From: a virus | IMG/VR virus record: IMGVR_UViG_3300045988_122718 | Coordinates: 91,170 to 155,169 of that record | Reading direction: 5' to 3' (one strand) | Length of the DNA stretch: 64,000 nucleotides | In this document: one piece after another, positions 18,119 through 23,361 of the stretch | Layout: every line of letters begins with the position of its first letter | How positions within the stretch are numbered: the first letter of the stretch is position 1 | Translations under genes and position numbers: made by a program | The notes under the pieces: generated by a model | What the model was told of the DNA's origin: nothing | Database searches by the model: none | What the model saw: the letters and a program-made list of their open reading frames with translations, nothing else

Positions 18119-18194
18119 TGGTCTGAGTGGTGAGTCCCGCCCTCACGGCCTCGTGGTCCCAGGCCACGCGCTCTGCTAACTGAGCTACACCCAG
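18119..18194 (-). tRNA. tRNA-Pro(UGG) with non-canonical T-loop
   Basis: CTGGGTG/CACTCAG, D arm GCTC/GAGC, CGTGG-CCTGGGA-CCACG, T arm GTGAG-GGCGGGA-CTCAC, ACCA. Confidence 0.75.
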
Positions 18195-18199
18195 AAATA

Positions 18200-18276
18200 T
18201 GGCACCCCGTGTTGGACTCAAACCAACGACACATGGCTTAGAAGGCCATTGCTCTGTTCAACTGAGCTAACGGGGC
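18200..18276 (-). tRNA. tRNA-Arg(UCU)
   Basis: ATGGC-CTTCTAA-GCCAT; GTTGG-TTTGAGT-CCAAC; encoded CCA. Confidence 0.92.
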
Positions 18277-18281
18277 ATATA

Positions 18282-18370
18282 TGGCGCGGCGCTGAGGTGT
18301 CGATCCCCATTCCTTTCACAGAACCACTAGTTTTCAAGACTAGGTTGCAAGCCGTTGCAATTAACGCCGC
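18282..18370 (-). tRNA. tRNA-Ser(UGA)
   Basis: CTAGT-CTTGAAA-ACTAG, long variable arm, T-loop ATCGACA, CCA. Confidence 0.88.
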
Positions 18371-18378
18371 ATATTTTT

Positions 18379-18478
18379 GTAATCTCAAACTCCTCCACAC
18401 AGATTACTGGGCACCCCTTACCTCGAATGCTAGTTAGTAGCAACAAACGTTTGTGCCGTTTCCACAAATAAAGATACA
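18379..18478 (-). ncRNA. Structured leader candidate upstream of tRNA-Ser(UGA)
   Basis: By-eye helices on minus strand: GGCAC/GUGCC, UGCUA-CUAAC-UAGCA, GUAAUC/GAUUAC; no ORF. Confidence 0.4.
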
Positions 18479-18480
18479 CT

Positions 18481-18675
18481 TTACTGCGTATTAACCTCTG
18501 TATATTCAGTACTAGATAAGGTAATCATTCTTTCGCATCCGTCCTGTGGACAAAAAATATTTGCAACCCCAAGATTATTTATTCCGTCAGACGGATTAAA
18601 TGCAAATTCACAACCACAATAAGGGCAGATTGCCTTATAGGTCTTAACTTTGCCTCCCTTGATAATATACTTCAT
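18481..18675 (-). CDS. Small zinc-ribbon (Com-like) protein
   Basis: TYKAICPYCGCEFAFNPSDGINNLGVANIFCPQDGCERMITL. Confidence 0.65.
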   Translation of the reverse strand: MKYIIKGGKVKTYKAICPYCGCEFAFNPSDGINNLGVANIFCPQDGCERMITLSSTEYTEVNTQ

Positions 18676-18686
18676 AGTAACACCTC

Positions 18687-18806
18687 TTAATTAAACTTGC
18701 TTAACTGCCGCTTAACCTTACGGATAAGACCTTCGTTCATAGTCTCGCCTCGTGCCAGAAGCTTTGCTAAACGATTTTCATAATGTTCCTTAGTGCGAAA
18801 ATTCAT
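18687..18806 (-). CDS. Small basic protein (39 aa)
   Basis: MNFRTKEHYENRLAKLLARGETMNEGLIRKVKRQLSKFN with AGGAGGT SD. Confidence 0.6.
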   Translation of the reverse strand: MNFRTKEHYENRLAKLLARGETMNEGLIRKVKRQLSKFN

Positions 18807-18832
18807 AATATGTACCTCCTAAAATTTTTGTA

Positions 18833-18955
18833 TGGCAGGGGTAGCAGGGTTCGAACCTACGATGCGGGAGTCTGGTCAAGGTAGTTGGTACTGCCCCAAC
18901 TAAATTCACTTGAATACCTTGAAAGTCCCGTGCCTTACCACTTGGCTATACCCCT
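18833..18955 (-). tRNA. tRNA-Gln(UUG) interrupted by 49-nt anticodon-loop insert
   Basis: AGGGGTA/TACCCCT, GCCA...GGC D arm, CGGGA/TCCCG stem, TTCGAAC T-loop, GCCA end. Deleting 18873-18921 gives CUUUGAC loop. Confidence 0.9.
18873..18921 (-). other. Mini-intron-like insert in tRNA-Gln (between nt 35 and 36)
   Basis: Minus: CAAGGUA-UUCAAGUGAAUUUA-GUUGG-GGCAGUA-CCAAC-UACCUUG-ACCA (7-bp and 5-bp perfect helices). Confidence 0.87.
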
Positions 18956-18958
18956 ATA

Positions 18959-19033
18959 TGGTGGATCTGACGTGACTCGAACACGCAACCTCTTCCTTGC
19001 AAGGGAAGCTTTCTCCCATTGAAATACAGACCC
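18959..19033 (-). tRNA. tRNA-Ala(UGC)
   Basis: CTTCC-CTTGCAA-GGAAG; T-loop TTCGAGT; ACCA. Confidence 0.92.
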
Positions 19034-19035
19034 TT

Positions 19036-19113
19036 ATTTTGTGAGGTAACTACACTATGTATACCTAATGTAGCTACTGGCTTTCAAACTCCCCACCTCA
19101 AACCATTTTTATC
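19036..19113 (-). ncRNA. Structured leader candidate upstream of tRNA-Ala
   Basis: Minus: outer UGAGGU/ACCUCA enclosing 12-bp hairpin GUAGCUACAUUA-GGUAUACA-UAGUGUAGUUAC. Confidence 0.45.
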
Positions 19114-19194
19114 TGTCTCTCCTCTTGGCCAACCAGATTTGAGTGATTTGAACGGCGCGCCGTCCTCACATTGATAAAATAGTAAAATCAACAA

Positions 19195-19285
19195 TGGCGC
19201 GATAGGAAGGCTTCGAACCTTCGCACGGCTTTCACCGCCTAGCAGATTAGCAATCTACCCTCTTCAACCACTTGAGTACTACCGC
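19195..19285 (-). tRNA. tRNA-Ser(GCU)
   Basis: GTAGA-TTGCTAA-TCTGC, long variable arm, TTCGAAG T-loop, GCCA. Confidence 0.9.
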
Positions 19286-19288
19286 ATA

Positions 19289-19492
19289 TTAATCTAATGT
19301 TTTTCCAGTTGCTAATTCAAAAATTAAATTATCAACACAAGGAATGTGCATTACCTCTCTCTCATATTGAGTACGATGTTCAATATCATTAATATAGATA
19401 GGACAATCTTTACATTCTACATTTTCACAAAAACGAACAGCTTTTTCTACTACTTTAGAATTCGCAAATTTTATATATTCTTCCCAACGCAT
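19289..19492 (-). CDS. Small Cys-containing protein inside tRNA array
   Basis: MRWEEYIKFANSKVVEKAVRFCENVECKDCPIYIN...; SD GGAGG 5 nt upstream of this ATG. Confidence 0.6.
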   Translation of the reverse strand: MRWEEYIKFANSKVVEKAVRFCENVECKDCPIYINDIEHRTQYEREVMHIPCVDNLIFELATGKTLD

Positions 19493-19509
19493 AAAATCCT
19501 CCATAAAAC

Positions 19510-19541
19510 GAGCAGTTTATACAGTGATACTCAGCACTATC
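19510..19541 (-). other. H-type pseudoknot element PK1 (5' UTR of 19289-19492)
   Basis: Minus: UAGUG-CU-GAG-UAU-CACUG-UAUAAACUG-CUC. Confidence 0.65.
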
Positions 19542-19593
19542 CGTCTGGGTTCCAATATTAGAACCGTCCACAATTGAGTTTTGACCACCATAG

Positions 19594-19668
19594 TGGAGCT
19601 GATGGAGAATTTCGAAATCTCGACCTAGTGATTACAAATCACTCGCTCTGCCTCTGAGCTACACCAGC
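19594..19668 (-). tRNA. tRNA-Thr(UGU)
   Basis: AGTGA-TTTGTAA-TCACT; GCTGGTG/CATCAGC; TCCA. Confidence 0.92.
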
Positions 19669-19773
19669 AGATCTCCTCGTCTTTCCGAGGTGTCAATCAC
19701 ACTTTTACATTAATAATCTTAAATTATTCTTTAATAGGAAGATGACGTCAATCTGTGTGATTACCTTTTATGT

Positions 19774-19844
19774 GAGGTCTTAATTGGAATCGAACCAACA
19801 CCTGCCCTACCATAGGGCCGATCTACCATTGAACTATAAGACCT
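19774..19844 (-). tRNA. Atypical tRNA (positional anticodon UGG; A33), uncertain
   Basis: AGGTCTT/AAGACCT, D arm GTTC-AATGGTA-GATC with a mismatch, GCCCTATGGTAGGGC anticodon arm, GTTGG-TTCGATT-CCAAT; no CCA. Confidence 0.6.
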
Positions 19845-19845
19845 A

Positions 19846-19922
19846 TGGTGACGCTACCGGGGATCGAACCCGGACACTCCACGGTGAAAGCGTGGTAACT
19901 CTACCAATTCGTCCATAGCGCC
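19846..19922 (-). tRNA. tRNA-Glu(UUC)
   Basis: CCACG-CTTTCAC-CGTGG; TTCGATC T-loop; ACCA. Confidence 0.9.
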
Positions 19923-19930
19923 ATATCTTT

Positions 19931-19960
19931 GGACAGTTTATACAGTGATGTCCAGCACTG
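19931..19960 (-). other. H-type pseudoknot element PK2, 8 nt upstream of tRNA-Glu
   Basis: Minus: CAGUG-CU-GGAC-AU-CACUG-UAUAAACU-GUCC. Confidence 0.75.
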
Positions 19961-19973
19961 TCACTTTTGGGAG

Positions 19974-20058
19974 TGGTAGCGGTGGTGGGCTACGATCCCA
20001 CACGTCATAAGACATTGGTTTTTGAGACCAACCTGTCTACCTGTTCCAGCACACCGCC
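19974..20058 (-). tRNA. tRNA-Leu(CAA)
   Basis: TTGGT-CTCAAAA-ACCAA, long variable arm, GTGGG-ATCGTAG-CCCAC, ACCA. Confidence 0.85.
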
Positions 20059-20265
20059 ATATTAAGCACAACCTACACTGAGCTAGCCTCGCTCACACTT
20101 GCTTTCCCGAACACGTCCCACCCTCGGTTATGCTTTGATATTGTTTATCCTATTTTCACAATAACATATGCCTCGTTCTCTTCTTGTTACTGTGGGTCAG
20201 TAACTTAGTAGCTTTTCTCTTGTGGATAGCACTTATCAATACACCGAGAACCCCAATAGGCGGCA
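20059..20265 (-). ncRNA. Possible structured non-coding RNA between tRNA-Met and tRNA-Leu(CAA)
   Basis: ~207 nt without a credible ORF; contains hairpin GUUACUG-ACCCA-CAGUAAC. Confidence 0.3.
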
Positions 20266-20342
20266 TGGTTGCGTGAGGTTAGATTTGAACTAACGATCTT
20301 CAGCTTATGGGGCTGACGAGATGACCACTTCTCTACTCCGCA
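20266..20342 (-). tRNA. tRNA-Met(CAU), D arm resembles initiator
   Basis: TCAGC-CCCATAA-GCTGA; GTTAG-TTCAAAT-CTAAC; ACCA; one bulged A in the acceptor 3' strand. Confidence 0.8.
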
Positions 20343-20349
20343 GTATCTA

Positions 20350-20378
20350 GCAGACTATAATGCCGTCTGCTATGGCAT
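20350..20378 (-). other. H-type pseudoknot element PK5 (variant), 7 nt upstream of tRNA-Met
   Basis: Minus: AUGCC-AUA-GCAGAC-GGCAU-UAUA-GUCUGC. Confidence 0.6.
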
Positions 20379-20397
20379 CAGAAAGAGGTGTTGCATG

Positions 20398-20550
20398 TGG
20401 TCCCCTACCGGTGGATTGAACACCGAACCTCCCGATTATTGGCCTCCTCAGTAAGTCCTGCCCTTACATCTCTAAATCCTGCTGTTTAGTAGTTCTACTA
20501 TTAAACTATGAGGAGAAGTCGGGTGCTCTAGCCAGTTGAGCTAGCAGGGG
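20398..20550 (-). tRNA. tRNA-Ile(UAU) interrupted by 76-nt anticodon-loop insert
   Basis: CCCCTGC/GTAGGGG, AC stem CCCGA/TCGGG, CGGTG-TTCAATC-CACCG, ACCA. Deleting 20440-20515 gives CUUAUAA loop. Confidence 0.88.
20440..20515 (-). other. Mini-intron-like insert in tRNA-Ile (between nt 34 and 35)
   Basis: Minus: CUCCUCA-[hairpin GUUU..AGUAGAACUACU..AAAC]-...-GUAAG-GGCAGGA-CUUAC-UGAGGAG-GCCA. Confidence 0.86.
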
Positions 20551-20559
20551 ATATATAAT

Positions 20560-20963
20560 CCGGCTTTTACGGTACGACCAGTAAGATGGACGCGCTTGAA
20601 TTTCACAATTGCCTAGCGTTTCAGGTACTTTTTAGGAGTTTGGATGTAATACCTTATCCATTCACGCATAGTCCATTAGTACCATGGGCTATAGGACTCA
20701 CTCCAAGTGGCCGGATTCAACTCCCCTGTAAATTCAGGTCTTCCTATCCCCTACCCTTGAAGGATGTTTACCATACTTTTATACCGCTGGCACACATCAG
20801 GCGGCTGTGGTAATGATAGCAAGCGGAGCCGTGCATGACTCCATTTCATAGTGTTTCGTCAATTGCCTTCAGCTCATCCAAGTAATATCAACAGTTAGCA
20901 AATTCTGTCGAGAGCTTATTCTCATCGGTAATCACTTATGAAATTTGCACTACTCACTATCAT
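20560..20963 (-). ncRNA. Large structured non-coding RNA candidate (~400 nt)
   Basis: No credible ORF; many by-eye helices on minus strand: AUAGUG/CACUAU, GCAAAUU/AAUUUGC, GGAGUC-AUGCAC-GGCUCC, UUACCA/UGGUAA around CCGC/GCGG, AUAGGA/UCCUAU, CCUG-AAUUUA-CAGG. Confidence 0.5.
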
Positions 20964-20964
20964 C

Positions 20965-21041
20965 TGGCGGGAGTAGAAGGACTTGAACCTACGACATCTT
21001 GCTTAACAGGCAAGCGCTCTAACCAACTGAGCTATACTCCC
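20965..21041 (-). tRNA. tRNA-Asn(GUU)
   Basis: CTTGC-CTGTTAA-GCAAG; GTAGG-TTCAAGT-CCTTC; GCCA. Confidence 0.9.
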
Positions 21042-21044
21042 AAA

Positions 21045-21121
21045 TGGCGACCCATACCAGACTTGAACTGGTGTCCTCTTGCGTGACAGGCAAGCGTGAT
21101 ACTCTTCTTCACCAATGGGCC
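21045..21121 (-). tRNA. tRNA-Asp(GUC)
   Basis: CTTGC-CTGTCAC-GCAAG; ACCAG-TTCAAGT-CTGGT; GCCA. Confidence 0.9.
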
Positions 21122-21239
21122 ATATTATGCCGGCTTTTACGGCATATTTAGCTAGAATATGCTTGAATTCCACAAAAGATGTTTTCTCTATATTAGACAC
21201 AGTTATTCCCCGGTAGAAAATCTAACACCCGCTGCGTCT

Positions 21240-21324
21240 TGGTGGGCCAGGTTGGTGTCAATCCAACTACTCTCGAAGGAAACGGATTTACAATCCGCCG
21301 CGTTTGCCGATTCGCTACTGACCC
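21240..21324 (-). tRNA. tRNA-Tyr(GUA)
   Basis: CGGAT-TGTAAAT-CCG, long variable arm, ACCA. Confidence 0.85.
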
Positions 21325-21381
21325 ATATAACTATACTTTAGTATTTTGTTTTAATGTTTGAGAATTACTTGCCAAGGTCAA

Positions 21382-21514
21382 TGGTGCGGGTAGCGAGACT
21401 CGAACTCGCACGGATATTTCACCGAGGGATTTTTGGTGGATATTGTAGGTACTGCCCCTACCAAAGCACTTGCTATACCCAAGTCCCTTATGTCTGCCAT
21501 TCCATCATACCCGC
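21382..21514 (-). tRNA. tRNA-Leu(UAA) interrupted by 47-nt anticodon-loop insert
   Basis: GCGGGTA/TACCCGC, AC stem AGGGA/TCCCT, long variable arm, TTCGAGT T-loop, ACCA. Deleting 21434-21480 gives CUUAAAA loop. Confidence 0.9.
21434..21480 (-). other. Mini-intron-like insert in tRNA-Leu (between nt 34 and 35)
   Basis: Minus: GGGUAUA-GCAAGUGCUUUG-GUAGG-GGCAGUA-CCUAC-AAUAUCC-ACCA. Confidence 0.87.
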
Positions 21515-21522
21515 ATATCACA

Positions 21523-21550
21523 GGGCAGCTTTAAGGTGATGCCCAGCACC
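21523..21550 (-). other. H-type pseudoknot element PK3, 8 nt upstream of tRNA-Leu(UAA)
   Basis: Minus: GGUG-CU-GGGC-AU-CACC-UUAAAGCU-GCCC. Confidence 0.75.
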
Positions 21551-21562
21551 ATACTTAACTCC

Positions 21563-23116
21563 TTAAGAGTTCTTCAATGCGGCTTCCACCGCATCATATC
21601 TATCACTCATAAGCGTCTCAACTAGACACTCATAAGGATCGGGTTTACCACTCATAACCATCTTGCAAACATTAGTGGAGAATCCGCTAACAAGAGCAAC
21701 ACCAAGGTCATTCTCCTTTACATGAATAGTTCCAGTGCGAGAATTTACATTCCAGAAGACTAGTCTAGGCATCTTATACCCAGCATACTCGAAACGCTTT
21801 TTGATCACATTAAAAAGTCTTGCATTAGGTCTATTAATACCATATCTAGCGGAACCATCACATGTTGCACAAGAGTCAAACTCCATGTCTGAAATAATGA
21901 GTACATTCTTAGGCATATCCTCTTGCTTCATACGACCATTTACCGCAGTAGTAAGAATCAAATCAAACACCTTTTCAATGTTTGTATTCGAACACTCGTC
22001 ATGACCATACGCAACACATAACTTATCTCTCAGAGAATCGCACTGACTAAAATCAACCAACTGAGGTCTGCTAGAGAAAGTAATATATTTATCTTTAAAG
22101 TCTCCAGAAGAATGTTCTGCAAAGTAAATTGCAAGTGCATTTGCAACTTCAAGTGCAGTAACACGGCTACTTTCACCAACGTTACAACACATAGAAGCAG
22201 AACCATCTGCAACTACAATGGTGTTTCCACACTCATTTACTGTATCAGGCAAAGCCCTCCAAAGAGATTCAAGAGTTGCATCATACTTGTTGACATAATT
22301 ATTCCATCCAATTGTGTTAGAATACTTATGTACAATGTCGTGAGGGAACAAAGTTCTAGCATTAATCTTAGTTTCACCATTTTCAAGCTTACTTAGATAC
22401 TCTCTGCGACGCTCCTTATCATTACGAAGGAAAGCTCCGTTATAAATGAGATTTGCACGAGAAGGAACCGTTTCGTACTTAATGTCTCCCCATTTCTTTG
22501 CAGACATCTTACTTTCTACAATGTCAATGTAAGAACGCAGAGAAGAAAGAATCTTACGATACTTACGCTCTGTCATTCCAAGATTCTTGCAAATGTATCT
22601 TGCATCCATCTTAGTTTTTGCAGAAGAAGCATTCACAGAAGGAAGCCACTTTGCAAGAAGAGATACGGGCTTATTATCAGCCATATTTGCAATGTCATCG
22701 GTGAGCTGCTTTTTGATGATGTCAAGAATAACACCATCTACATCTGTTCCAAACAGACACCATAGGTCATCATAACGACCATACTCACTCACTAGAGGAG
22801 CAAGATGCTTAACAATGTCAACGTCATCCTTTACCATATTCTTAAGAATCACTCTGAACAAATGTCTCTCACCAAGACCACCATGAACATCTCTGGCGAA
22901 GAACAGCCAACGTAGAGCCATCATTTTATCTTCAAAATAAGCCTTAGTAAACTTATTATAGATATTCTCCTCACTCATACCACGCATAGAAGAAACTGCA
23001 AAGTTTAGGTCAACCAGTTCCTTACCAGAGGTACGATACCCAAGAGCGCCATTCTCAGTTACTGAATAGTTGAAATCCTCGTTCAGAGTATTCTTTACTG
23101 CATTCATAAAAGACAT
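21563..23116 (-). CDS. Ro60-like TROVE/vWA protein (DUF2828-like)
   Basis: 517 aa; GGLGERHLFRVILKNM, VSEYGRYDDLWCLFG, LLAKWLPSVNA..., VPSRANLIYNGAFLRNDKERR, C-terminal MIDAS-like VADGSASM and ISDMEFDS. Confidence 0.82.
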   Translation of the reverse strand: MSFMNAVKNTLNEDFNYSVTENGALGYRTSGKELVDLNFAVSSMRGMSEENIYNKFTKAYFEDKMMALRWLFFARDVHGGLGERHLFRVILKNMVKDDVDIVKHLAPLVSEYGRYDDLWCLFGTDVDGVILDIIKKQLTDDIANMADNKPVSLLAKWLPSVNASSAKTKMDARYICKNLGMTERKYRKILSSLRSYIDIVESKMSAKKWGDIKYETVPSRANLIYNGAFLRNDKERRREYLSKLENGETKINARTLFPHDIVHKYSNTIGWNNYVNKYDATLESLWRALPDTVNECGNTIVVADGSASMCCNVGESSRVTALEVANALAIYFAEHSSGDFKDKYITFSSRPQLVDFSQCDSLRDKLCVAYGHDECSNTNIEKVFDLILTTAVNGRMKQEDMPKNVLIISDMEFDSCATCDGSARYGINRPNARLFNVIKKRFEYAGYKMPRLVFWNVNSRTGTIHVKENDLGVALVSGFSTNVCKMVMSGKPDPYECLVETLMSDRYDAVEAALKNS

Positions 23117-23154
23117 TTTCTTTCCTCCATTTTTTTGATTTATTTCTAAATCCC

Positions 23155-23207
23155 AAGACACATTATTATGTACAATCTCCACATTAAAAATTTGCTGTTA
23201 GTGTCTT
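23155..23207 (-). ncRNA. Tandem stem-loop H3
   Basis: Minus: AAGACAC-UAACAGCAAAUUUUUAAUGUGGAGAUUGUACAUAAUAAU-GUGUCUU. Confidence 0.6.
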
Positions 23208-23222
23208 TGGAGTTTATTCAAC

Positions 23223-23289
23223 GAGACGCCAAAATAAAACCATTAGTAAAAATATCATTTTCATCTTTTTAAATTACTGTAAGCGTCTC
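23223..23289 (-). ncRNA. Tandem stem-loop H2
   Basis: Minus: GAGACGC-UUACAGUAAUUU...-GCGUCUC. Confidence 0.6.
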
Positions 23290-23299
23290 TATGTAAGGC

Positions 23300-23355
23300 A
23301 AGGCACCATCAATACAAATCCATATCATATTATGTAAAGTTGCTGTTAGTGCCTT
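23300..23355 (-). ncRNA. Tandem stem-loop H1
   Basis: Minus: AAGGCAC-UAACAGCAACUUUACAUAAUAUGAUAUGGAUUUGUAUUGAUG-GUGCCUU. Confidence 0.6.
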
Positions 23356-23361
23356 TTTAAA

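Noticed and set aside
17973-18221. ORFs called across tRNA genes (17973-18221, 18218-18400, 20586-20813, 21003-21200, 21354-21539)
   Set aside because: They overlap well-formed tRNAs or structured non-coding sequence; no protein features.
18873-18921. tRNA reading as tRNA-Glu(UUC) with intron after C36
   Set aside because: The tRNA body matches Firmicutes tRNA-Gln (AUAGCCAAG...GGCA...GGACUUUGACUCC), and the P1/ACCA boundary rule shared with the other three inserts gives UUG.
20560-20963. RNase P RNA, tmRNA, group I or group II intron
   Set aside because: No GAGGAAAGUCC/ACAGAA (RNase P), no tmRNA 5' UUUCGACGG-type or tRNA-like domain, no domain V or IGS/P7 pattern recognised by eye; left as an unclassified structured RNA candidate.
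17984-21514. Mini-inserts interpreted as group I introns
   Set aside because: At 47-76 nt they are too short to hold a P3-P9 core. I could not find group I P/Q/R/S elements, and the conserved RCCA/GGCAGNA fold is different.
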